DNA of 64,000 nucleotides, taken from IMG/VR virus record IMGVR_UViG_642918906_000001, positions 252,675-316,674 of that record. One strand, given 5' to 3'. The stretch's first letter is position 1. Every line of letters begins with the position of its first letter. This document shows, piece after piece, positions 47,676-56,077 of the stretch. The stretch is from a virus (lineage: Duplodnaviria; Caudoviricetes). A program made the position numbers and the translations under genes. The notes under the pieces were generated by a model. It did no database searches and was not told where the DNA came from. It saw nothing but the letters and a program-made list of their open reading frames with translations.

Positions 47676-47795
47676 GGGTAGCACTGACGAATCAGTGCGA
47701 CGGACTATACTGGTCCGTTGCAGCTCAGTTACCATGAGTAGGCTATCACGGAGTGTAATTACTCATATAGTATTACACTCCTGGTATTCTTTTAC

Positions 47796-48416
47796 TTAGG
47801 GGGTTACCAGCTCGCCCCATTTAGGATCAAAGGCAATCAACTCGTCACGACTGAGTTCACGCATCCGCCAAGCTTGGATGGAATCAAACTTGATTGTGTT
47901 ATCGTGACAGGAGTACATGTATCCTTGAATTCGGTGACCGTCGGTAGTATAGCCAGTGGTTTCAATTGGGCACACGAATACGTTACCGCGTGCACCTTGC
48001 TTGAACGTGTAGTCCTTTAGTCCGTAAACACGTACATTGATTCCTTCACTGACCGTACTTGAGCGACCAGTGGGCCATATGGCATTTTCATAGTAATCAA
48101 CTTGAGCAATGGTAGCGGGCAGCAGTTTACGGAGTTCATATTCAAACTCTATCTTCAGCTTGATGTTATTCAGTGCATCGAATACGACTTGATCAAATAC
48201 ATAGAAGCCTTCATGGGTGTGTCCTTCGCCTCTATGTACGATGAAACCGTGTTCGCGTTCACCTACGTGAATCGGGTATTGCTCCGTAGATTCCTTAATA
48301 GCCCAATCACTGACGTATTCTATTGATTCTACGACTGTTAGAGTCTTACCAGATTGGTGAGTGACCGTGATTGGACCGTGTTGGTCGATGTACGTGCGGA
48401 TGATGTTGTCATTCAT
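47796..48416 (-). CDS. Hypothetical protein
   Basis: AAGG RBS before MNDNII. Confidence 0.8.
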   Translation of the reverse strand: MNDNIIRTYIDQHGPITVTHQSGKTLTVVESIEYVSDWAIKESTEQYPIHVGEREHGFIVHRGEGHTHEGFYVFDQVVFDALNNIKLKIEFEYELRKLLPATIAQVDYYENAIWPTGRSSTVSEGINVRVYGLKDYTFKQGARGNVFVCPIETTGYTTDGHRIQGYMYSCHDNTIKFDSIQAWRMRELSRDELIAFDPKWGELVTP

Positions 48417-48487
48417 TTTTAATTGCCTTTGATATTGGACATCGTCTTGGTGACGTGCCTTCAATAAATTAATATAGCTAGTATTAT

Positions 48488-49066
48488 TTAACCGTTGAAC
48501 TTACGAGCTTCGGTTTCATTATCGTAGAGTGTGCAACCCCAGTTAGACCAGAGTCCGGTGTTAGGGTTGTAACGCCACTCTTTGGTTTTGTGTTCGCCGA
48601 GTTGTTCTTTAAGGTTTTTCACGGCTTCATTAAAGCTATAGCCTACACCTTTACCCAACAGGTGGGCTTTAGCGTCTTCACCCGTTGCGCGATAACCTTC
48701 CATCCATACTTCGAACTCACGTAGTTTCAATACCGTACCACGTTGCTCCTTCAGGACTTGCATAACTTGTTCGAAGTCGTCATAACCCAATGCGGTTAAA
48801 TCGCGCATCAATGCACGTTGCGCGTCACCATCTTTCAGATGTTCCACCAGATCCTCGTCAACGATCATCAGACCGCCTAATGCAATGATGTTAGCTAACT
48901 GTTGTACTTTCATCCACTCGCCCTTAGGATCGACTACAGGTTCTCCTGAAGGTGGGGGTGCATGACGGTCTAAGATGATACCGATTGGTTTGATGGTGTA
49001 TCGAGTTAGACGTTTAAACACATTAGTGTGGTCTAGGTTAACTTCGGTTGTAAATTCTTGTGTCAT
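48488..49066 (-). CDS. Hypothetical protein
   Basis: 192-aa ORF; WGCTLYDNETEARK C-terminal module. Confidence 0.8.
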   Translation of the reverse strand: MTQEFTTEVNLDHTNVFKRLTRYTIKPIGIILDRHAPPPSGEPVVDPKGEWMKVQQLANIIALGGLMIVDEDLVEHLKDGDAQRALMRDLTALGYDDFEQVMQVLKEQRGTVLKLREFEVWMEGYRATGEDAKAHLLGKGVGYSFNEAVKNLKEQLGEHKTKEWRYNPNTGLWSNWGCTLYDNETEARKFNG

Positions 49067-49075
49067 TTTAGTTAC

Positions 49076-49333
49076 TCAGTGAATTACGTCAATGCCATGG
49101 GTATGACACATGCACGTACATAGGTCGGATTCCTTCCCGTCTAGTAATAGGAAGGATTGTTGTGGCCATCGTTGCTCACGACTGTAGATCCATTTAGCCA
49201 TATCAGACTCACGGTCTTCGCGGACTTCTACAATAGCACTTAAGCCGAATAACTCCCGGATGGTTTCCATATTGACTGCACCCGGAGAAGTTTGATATTT
49301 TGCATAGGTTCTTTCACAGCAGGGTTGGCACAT
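49076..49333 (-). CDS. Small Cys-rich (putative Zn-binding) protein
   Basis: MCQPCC...CTCMCH; GAGGT RBS. Confidence 0.7.
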   Translation of the reverse strand: MCQPCCERTYAKYQTSPGAVNMETIRELFGLSAIVEVREDRESDMAKWIYSREQRWPQQSFLLLDGKESDLCTCMCHTHGIDVIH

Positions 49334-49340
49334 GGTCACC

Positions 49341-49523
49341 TCACAGTGTGCATCGACGGTTAAGTAGTTCTTCTGTAACTTCTTCTGCCTTGAGTTGTGC
49401 TGCAATCCGACGGTCGGTTGCAGCTAGTCGTTCCTGAGTCTTACGTAAGCGCTCAGCCCGTTCCTCAGGGGTTTCCTTAGAACGACGATAATCAATTAGA
49501 TCTTGAATAGATTGAAGGCTCAT
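49341..49523 (-). CDS. Small helical protein, family D
   Basis: Ends AEEVTEELLNRRCTL. Confidence 0.75.
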   Translation of the reverse strand: MSLQSIQDLIDYRRSKETPEERAERLRKTQERLAATDRRIAAQLKAEEVTEELLNRRCTL

Positions 49524-49693
49524 AAATCGACCACTCGGTTTAGCATTTCTGGCGTTACTTTTTGTGCTTCAGCTTTTCGCTTCAGAATAATTGTCATTAT
49601 CCTAGTCCTAGCTCGTGCCTTACGTAAGAATTCCTCGTGGGAACTGTACCCCATTACTTTCCAACAACTTGGTTCGCGTTCCTGAGTCGACAT
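49520..49693 (-). CDS. Small helical protein, family D (57 aa, not in ORF track)
   Basis: GGAG RBS; ends AQKVTPEMLNRVVDL; ATGA overlap. Confidence 0.7.
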   Translation of the reverse strand: MSTQEREPSCWKVMGYSSHEEFLRKARARTRIMTIILKRKAEAQKVTPEMLNRVVDL

Positions 49694-49742
49694 AGTCTTA
49701 ACTCCGATTTATTAGTTATAATAAGTGCACTCCAGTAAAATA

Positions 49743-49770
49743 CGGCATAAGGAAACCCCTGAGGGTTTCC
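49743..49770 (-). terminator. Terminator with TTATGCCG tail
   Basis: GGAAACCC-TCAG-GGGTTTCC-TTATGCCG. Confidence 0.8.
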
Positions 49771-49959
49771 AAATACCACACGGTCCCACTAGGCAGCTTC
49801 AGTATGCGATGGAAGGACTTCAAGTGTTATGCTACAACGCTCTCTCCGGCAACTACGGGTCTTTTCCCTCAATCCGTGAGGCCCAGGGTCTTCTCACGCT
49901 TACGAGGCGCTGGCACTATCGTAATTTGCATGAGCGTTGTATTCCCGTGCACAGGAATT
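49771..49959 (-). ncRNA. Candidate structured RNA (multi-way junction)
   Basis: Perfect 10-bp stem 49833-49842/49932-49941 enclosing three hairpins; no credible ORF. Confidence 0.55.
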
Positions 49960-50070
49960 CTAGCGTTGCTTGGCTATCAAAGCCAGTTGTCTAGCAAGTA
50001 ATACATCACGTAAGCGATCACGTTTCTCACATTCTTTTACAGGTGTGTCTTTGGTATCGTTCACAGTCAT
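49960..50070 (-). CDS. 36-aa peptide downstream of the tRNA-like RNA
   Basis: GAAGG RBS; MTVNDTKDTPVKECEKRDRLRDVLLARQLALIAKQR. Confidence 0.45.
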   Translation of the reverse strand: MTVNDTKDTPVKECEKRDRLRDVLLARQLALIAKQR

Positions 50071-50091
50071 TACCTTCAGTTCATATATAAT

Positions 50092-50183
50092 TGGAGTACC
50101 CGACATGATTCGAACATGTAACCTCCTGAGATCGGCACGTAGCTTATGATCTTGGGACTCTATCCAATTGAGATTACGGGCAC
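50092..50183 (-). tRNA. tRNA-like RNA with expanded anticodon arm, no assignable anticodon
   Basis: Acceptor GTGCCCG/CGGGTAC, D-loop AATTGGATA, T-arm ACATG-TTCGAAT-CATGT, TCCA end; AGATC/GATCT stem with a 14-nt loop. Confidence 0.75.
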
Positions 50184-50213
50184 CTCTACATATAGTACTA
50201 AAGCTAGTATTGT

Positions 50214-50927
50214 TTAACCGCTAACGTATTCTAAAACTGGGCGCCAGCCCCTGATACGATCGCTGTTCGCTACACCACTAAATGGATATATTCCACGAAC
50301 GTTACTGTTGCCATTACCTCGGGCAATTTGCAATCCAGTTGACGTAGTTTCTTGAATGATGGCGCTTACACCGTCAGATGTAGTTGGGGCTAACCCGAGG
50401 TCGCCGATACTGTAGCTGGCGAGGGCAGGTCCCTCTAAAGCTGCGGCTCCAACCACGGTGGACATTAAACCATACATCAGTTTGTTCCATTCTGTGCCAT
50501 TCCCATATGGGATGCCATCGTCAACGTTTGCGCTTCCAGGATATGGGTTAACGTTACATGCATTTATTAATCGCACTCGATATACCTTACCTAAAATCGT
50601 GATAAGTTTATTTTGTGCTGCTGTGACAATACCTAAGTTATTCATTGTTGCCCATGGTAGGTTAGCACGGGCTGCGCGTTTAGGCATATATTGGACATTC
50701 CCGTTATACGCCATTTTAAGCCATCCCTCGGTAGGATATGGGTTAGTACCAGTTGTGATACCCACCGCTGTAGCCAAGGCCGCGTAGGTGATAAACTCAC
50801 TTGAACTTACCTCACCGAAGAATCCAATAGTCGAGTTCCCTGTTTTAAGTGATTGAGGGCCTGGTAATCCTTCTGGCCAATTACCGCCGCTCGAGGAGCC
50901 GCCAGTAGTCATTAGTAAGTCGATCAT
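50214..50927 (-). CDS. Virion/tail-associated protein, family C
   Basis: GPQSLKTGNSTIGFFGEV...WLKM...YRVRLI...EWNKLMY...GWRPVLE. Confidence 0.85.
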   Translation of the reverse strand: MIDLLMTTGGSSSGGNWPEGLPGPQSLKTGNSTIGFFGEVSSSEFITYAALATAVGITTGTNPYPTEGWLKMAYNGNVQYMPKRAARANLPWATMNNLGIVTAAQNKLITILGKVYRVRLINACNVNPYPGSANVDDGIPYGNGTEWNKLMYGLMSTVVGAAALEGPALASYSIGDLGLAPTTSDGVSAIIQETTSTGLQIARGNGNSNVRGIYPFSGVANSDRIRGWRPVLEYVSG

Positions 50928-50995
50928 TTTAGTAATCCTGAATAAATACATAGAATAGCACGTCATAAGACCTCCCCTTTCGGGGAGACCTATAT

Positions 50996-51208
50996 TTAAC
51001 GACAGTGTCTCGACATTGGATCAACTACGGCTGCAACACATGGTTGATATGGGATACCCAACTCGATACATTTTTCACGGAGGGTAGTATCCGCAGCAAT
51101 AGCGGCTTTGATTAGCTCCATCGAACGCTTCTGTTGTGCCCGACGTTCTTCGATGGGGGTGTTGTTTACCACTTCACGCAGTTTGGTGATATTCAGTACA
51201 GGGATCAT
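50996..51208 (-). CDS. Small helical protein
   Basis: TPIEERRAQ resembles TPEERAER of 49341..49523. Confidence 0.65.
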   Translation of the reverse strand: MIPVLNITKLREVVNNTPIEERRAQQKRSMELIKAAIAADTTLREKCIELGIPYQPCVAAVVDPMSRHCR

Positions 51209-51209
51209 A

Positions 51210-52055
51210 TTAACCTACGAAAACGATACGGGTATTAATGCGACCGAGCTTAGCGAACAGTCGATAGAGTTTGGTAAGGTTCAGTTGGTCCGAAGTAAGA
51301 TAACGATGCGCATTGAAGATTACCAGCAGATTGAAATTACGCTGGAACTCTGGGATCTGGATAAGCTCACGTGCGAGATACTTAGATTCCATCAACCACT
51401 TGGATGGTTCTACAACGTCAGACGTATACGCACAATCGTCATCAAGATCAGGCAACGCTACAATGTCACCACCTGAGGCGTTGAAGAAGTCAATTACCTT
51501 ACGTGGACTCATACGGTAGTCTTCGCACAAACCTTCCTCGATCACGGTTTGAGTTCTGTGTGCAAGACCCATGAGTTTGTTAAGTGCCGGGGTTTCTACT
51601 TTATCAGGTTCGAGATAGTTGGATGCGTCCAACATCACTACTTCATCAGGCTTCAAAGCGTTAATGTGTTTACGGATATTTACCATTTGATCACGGGTGA
51701 ATTCACCTGCAATAAAAGAGGCGTTAGAGCGGATCTCTTGCCATGTAGGCTCTACATCAAGGTAGGCTACATCAACTGGCCCTTCGTAACAATCAAATGC
51801 TTGGATAGCCAGATGTGCAATGACTTCTGCTGCCGTAGATGTGCGGTCTATACCTCTTGCTTGGATGCCATAATCATCTGGATCAGATTGTTCAAAGTAA
51901 TGGTGAATCGCGTCAATGGAGTGGAGGTAACTGGTATCGAATATACGTGCACCATCCGCATAACTAAGTGTGCCTTCGATATAAGATGTTGGATCGTATT
52001 TTACAGGCGTAATGTCTGGTGCGCAATCAGCGCTCTTTTCAGCTATTGTACTCAT
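51210..52055 (-). CDS. Hypothetical protein with degenerate Walker-B-like segments
   Basis: VVMLDASNYL and LLVIFNAHRYL...RIVFVG; no Walker A. Confidence 0.75.
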   Translation of the reverse strand: MSTIAEKSADCAPDITPVKYDPTSYIEGTLSYADGARIFDTSYLHSIDAIHHYFEQSDPDDYGIQARGIDRTSTAAEVIAHLAIQAFDCYEGPVDVAYLDVEPTWQEIRSNASFIAGEFTRDQMVNIRKHINALKPDEVVMLDASNYLEPDKVETPALNKLMGLAHRTQTVIEEGLCEDYRMSPRKVIDFFNASGGDIVALPDLDDDCAYTSDVVEPSKWLMESKYLARELIQIPEFQRNFNLLVIFNAHRYLTSDQLNLTKLYRLFAKLGRINTRIVFVG

Positions 52056-52252
52056 TTCTGTATCCTATTCCCTTCAGGGATGTGGTGTCAGTTATGTAGC
52101 GAAACTGCTACACATGGTACCCACTGTAGTATTTTTACGTCATAAAACCCACAACCTAGTTAGACTAAGCTGTGGGTTTCACGAAGACTTACTAAAAAAT
52201 CAAGTAATTCAAGGTGTTACATATAATTGCTTATTTTGCGGGGACTTTATGA

Positions 52253-54559
52253 TCATGAATCTTTAACTGATTTTTCGATCAATTGGAATACTGCCATGAT
52301 GTAGGGCTGGAGTTTATGGAACTCAACGCCAACTCTACGCAAGTCATAGGTACGCTCCATTGCTTTCTCATATAGATCTGCAAACTTAGGATCTTTAACC
52401 TGATTATACATCTCGCTGTAGTTGGACTTACCTACGTATTTCCAATCCATCCAAGCCGGGGTGTTAATAAAATTATCATTCCAGCGTTTAACGAAGGTTA
52501 GGTCTGCTCCCAGTGTATCGAACAGCGCGTGCAGCGTTTTAGCTTTAGCAACAACCTCTTCGGGGGTCAGTGTCTTAACTTCTCCAGGTTGTGGTTTCGC
52601 TTTAGGTATTTCAACCTCAGGTGCTTTCAGTTGACGAGTGGCCTTCATTATAGTAATGGCTTTCTCGACGTTAGCTGAATTATCGAGCTGCTTACGTTTG
52701 ATCATATCCATAACCGTTTCCATGTTATTGAATGCCTGTTCCGCTACCTTGTGATGTTCCACTCGGTTGGCTTGACAAGCCTTAATAAACTCTGGAACAA
52801 CAGTATCATACTCACTCAACAAGTTAGCACCATCTACAGTGACCGTCGCCTTATCTGCTTGGCCATGGGTTTTTACCCAATTGAGGTTAGTGTACTTCTT
52901 AACTTCTTCCTGAAGTGACTGTAGGAATCCCTTACCTACGGTATCGTAAATCGCGGTATCCTTACCCTTCGTGAAGAACTTTTTTATTGAGCTAAGTAGG
53001 TCTTCCGTAGATGGTACTGTAGGCATAGACTCATAGTTCTCAATCGATACCTGTACCACTGGTTGGAACGTTTCCAATCCAACGGTCATTATTTTACGGG
53101 CTACTGGATCTAGCCCATCTGGGCCTGCCAGTTCAATTTGTTGTTTATATCGGTTTAATGTCTGGCACATATAGTCTTTACCCTGTCTTTGTTTATAGTT
53201 TTCACCACTGATAATTGAATCTCCTTTAATAGACACATCCAAATACCTTACCAACCCAACAATAGCGTCCCAGTAAATACGGTTTGCAATCATCCCACTG
53301 CTGTGCGTTGTACCAGTAGTATTAGGACTTAAGATATCCCAGATCAGGGAGTACCAGTCACCGTAAGGCACTTTACCGTAGTCTTTAGGTTCCATGGTGT
53401 AGACCATATCATGCATGACGTCGGGCCAATTATCTGGTGCACCAGTCATGTTCGTCTTGAACTCATCAATCGAACGTTGTACATCAGAGGCTACTTGAAG
53501 TGCACCCGCCTCGTCAAGCGCGGGGATTGGTCGATCATCGACAGTGTATACAAAATCCACCCGTTTCGGATTTTCATGTTTTACACCGTTGCCCACGATA
53601 GGTTTTGTAGGATATTTAATATCATGGTTTTCCATTGGGATCTTATCTACCAAAGCTCTGGCTTCGGCGTAGACCTCCGGTGAAAGCTTTCGCGAATTCT
53701 TAATCAATAGGTCTGCTGCGGGTTTGGTCTTCTGACGCCAACTGTCCGTAACGGATTTAACTTTTGCGCGAGTGGCGAGGAATGCATCCAGTTGCTTCTT
53801 AGCACCAGCAATATCGACCTTACCGTCTTTACCAATATACTTAAGTACGCTTTTCCCACTCACATCACCTTTGATGTAAGTCTGGTCTTTTAGCCAGGCG
53901 GGCCGAATTATATCTCGCTCAATATGCTGGATTATACTCCAACCAAATGTGTTGTCAATAAACAGCTTCTGCGCGGATTTATTTGACATCCCGAAGAATT
54001 TCTTTACATCGGCAATCAACCCCTCATTACTGATAGTGTTGCTCATCATGGTATTCCTAAATGATTGTAGGAGTTGGAGTCGACGATAACCTTCAGGGTT
54101 ATAGTGTTCCATACCCGGTTTAATTGTAATGGTACCTTTATAGTTACGACCAGCATAGTTGGCCTGAACTATTCGGGTGATGTAAGAGTTAAGTCCTTTT
54201 CCAGCCATGGCTAGTCGACGCATGTAATCGAGTTGTTCTCGTTCAGTAGACTTCAACGTATACAGATAGCGTGAACCATCTGAGAACATTACTACCAGCC
54301 AGTCTTCGCCATGATCATAACCACGGATACTGGAGTTACCTCCAATGTTGGCATACTCGAATGTATGTCGATGGACTTCCAATAGTTCTGCTAAAGCTGT
54401 TGGTGTAACACCTAGCTCTTCGGTGAGCTCTTCGTCCACCTCAGGCCAGAATGTTGTGCTAACATCATCCCAGTACTGCTTAACTGTATCGAATGCATCC
54501 TCATTAGAGACGCTTGGTCGATAAGTGAGCTTGTGAATCAGTCGTTCTAATCTTTTCAT
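52253..54559 (-). CDS. phiKZ-type internal head protein (processed polyprotein) with KTSC-like domain
   Basis: Multiple S/G-x-E sites (SNE, GME, SNE, SGE, GLE, SIE, STE); YANIGGNSSIRGY...VMFSDGSRYLY...LAMAGKGLNSYI. Confidence 0.75.
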   Translation of the reverse strand: MKRLERLIHKLTYRPSVSNEDAFDTVKQYWDDVSTTFWPEVDEELTEELGVTPTALAELLEVHRHTFEYANIGGNSSIRGYDHGEDWLVVMFSDGSRYLYTLKSTEREQLDYMRRLAMAGKGLNSYITRIVQANYAGRNYKGTITIKPGMEHYNPEGYRRLQLLQSFRNTMMSNTISNEGLIADVKKFFGMSNKSAQKLFIDNTFGWSIIQHIERDIIRPAWLKDQTYIKGDVSGKSVLKYIGKDGKVDIAGAKKQLDAFLATRAKVKSVTDSWRQKTKPAADLLIKNSRKLSPEVYAEARALVDKIPMENHDIKYPTKPIVGNGVKHENPKRVDFVYTVDDRPIPALDEAGALQVASDVQRSIDEFKTNMTGAPDNWPDVMHDMVYTMEPKDYGKVPYGDWYSLIWDILSPNTTGTTHSSGMIANRIYWDAIVGLVRYLDVSIKGDSIISGENYKQRQGKDYMCQTLNRYKQQIELAGPDGLDPVARKIMTVGLETFQPVVQVSIENYESMPTVPSTEDLLSSIKKFFTKGKDTAIYDTVGKGFLQSLQEEVKKYTNLNWVKTHGQADKATVTVDGANLLSEYDTVVPEFIKACQANRVEHHKVAEQAFNNMETVMDMIKRKQLDNSANVEKAITIMKATRQLKAPEVEIPKAKPQPGEVKTLTPEEVVAKAKTLHALFDTLGADLTFVKRWNDNFINTPAWMDWKYVGKSNYSEMYNQVKDPKFADLYEKAMERTYDLRRVGVEFHKLQPYIMAVFQLIEKSVKDS

Positions 54560-54630
54560 AATATACTCAATATGGCGTTGAGATGACCTATGCTATATAC
54601 AATGTTTTTAAAGCCCACAGGTAAAGTAAA

Positions 54631-55890
54631 ATGATTGACCTAATGTTAAGTTTAGTTCAAAAGCCAGCGATCGAGGAAGATGATTCCGGGTTACCTTTCC
54701 CAGCTGGTACGCCGTTTAAAGGTGTAGTGAAGTCAGCTGATTTTATTAATGGTACTAGTTTGGCTGGACTACTCGGTATAACGGCCGGTACCCCTATTAA
54801 CACCAACTCGGGCTGGTTACATTTTGTAGAGGACAACGGCTACAACATCTACATTGCTAAGAAACCGTTAAGATACGGGCTGACGTGGGAAGCCATTAAC
54901 ACGGGTCAGACGGATAAAGAGATTGTGATTGGTGGCACCACTTACACCGTGCAGTTTATGACGGGTACTAAAGCGGCAAACCAACCAGCAGTTGTTGCAA
55001 GTGGTGGTGGTCAATGGGACCGCTACATGTATAATATCTACGGTGGTGAATTAGCCAGTTCGCTTCCATCCACCCGTTTAAATTGGGGTAGTTACACTGA
55101 GAAGATGCTTGGTATCCCGTTGATCTCTGAAGCTCAAAACGTTAACACTCTACCATTCGGTTGTGCCAGTTACACACTGTATACATCAAGTAATGGCGGG
55201 CATGCCACTCGTGGTCTCCGCTACCCGCTTGGTACAGGTACTCCAGAAATCATGGGTGTGTGGTGGGGTGGCGCCAGTAACTTCGAGACGCATTACGGCT
55301 GGAGGCCAATGCTTGTTGAGAAAGGTACTGTACCGCCAATTGAGGAAACACCTTACAAGGGATTGATCCAGCCAGCTGACCTAATCTCACCAGCTGACCT
55401 TTCGACATTACTAGGTATCACTGAAGGTCAGATCGTTTCTGGTGCAGGTCAATGGATGAAGTTTGTTGAGAATGGTAAAGAACTCTATATCGCACAGAAA
55501 TCTTTCAGGTCATCTATTCGTAAGAAAACGCTTGACGCTGCCGGTGTGAGTAATGTGGCGGCAGGTAAGTTGGTAACGATTGGTGGTAAGAACTATCAGT
55601 GCCGTCTAATGACTGATGCTGAATGGAACAGATACATGTATTCAGTGTATAACAACGCTATAACTGTAGTGAATACCAATTTCTGGGCAATGTACACTCC
55701 TGCCGAATTAAACGTTTCTACTGGTGCAGCGTCCGCTGGTACGTTATCGTACATATATGGTAACCCGGCGAGTACGGGCACTCGTGGATTCACGGGGATC
55801 GGTAACTCGTGGGGTGTGGCCGACTGGGCTGATGGTGGTACCGCGGTTCCAGGCTATGGCTGGAGACCAGTGCTTGAGTTGGTTCCATAA
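54631..55890 (+). CDS. Virion/tail-associated protein, family C, two tandem domains
   Basis: Two copies of PxKG...WxxFVE.G..YIA.K...IGG..Y...WxRYMY...YGWRP. Confidence 0.85.
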   Translation: MIDLMLSLVQKPAIEEDDSGLPFPAGTPFKGVVKSADFINGTSLAGLLGITAGTPINTNSGWLHFVEDNGYNIYIAKKPLRYGLTWEAINTGQTDKEIVIGGTTYTVQFMTGTKAANQPAVVASGGGQWDRYMYNIYGGELASSLPSTRLNWGSYTEKMLGIPLISEAQNVNTLPFGCASYTLYTSSNGGHATRGLRYPLGTGTPEIMGVWWGGASNFETHYGWRPMLVEKGTVPPIEETPYKGLIQPADLISPADLSTLLGITEGQIVSGAGQWMKFVENGKELYIAQKSFRSSIRKKTLDAAGVSNVAAGKLVTIGGKNYQCRLMTDAEWNRYMYSVYNNAITVVNTNFWAMYTPAELNVSTGAASAGTLSYIYGNPASTGTRGFTGIGNSWGVADWADGGTAVPGYGWRPVLELVP

Positions 55891-55893
55891 TAA

Positions 55894-55967
55894 CATAAAC
55901 GCCTCTCCTTTACGGGAGAGGCTTTATGCCGTAACGGGAAATAAAGTCCTACCCGAAGGTAGGACCA
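55894..55967. terminator. Convergent terminator pair
   Basis: GCCTCTCC-TTTACG-GGAGAGGC-TTTATGCCG (+) and GTCCTACC-TTCG-GGTAGGAC-TTTATT (-). Confidence 0.85.
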
Positions 55968-56077
55968 TATTCATCAACCAACACTAAAGGAGAGACCAAA
56001 TCATGCAACACCAAGCAATCAATGGAGCAACGAATGCATCGCTACATAACATGGGTAAAATTTATCCTTTAGGTTAC

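Noticed and set aside
49725-50001. + strand ORFs 49725..49994 and 49804..50001
   Set aside because: No RBS; G-U pairing and terminator orientation favour a minus-strand RNA
52091-56050. 12-nt complementarity between 52091-52102 and 56039-56050 (candidate sRNA-target pair)
   Set aside because: Many 12-mer inverted matches are expected by chance in 64 kb, so it is not significant alone
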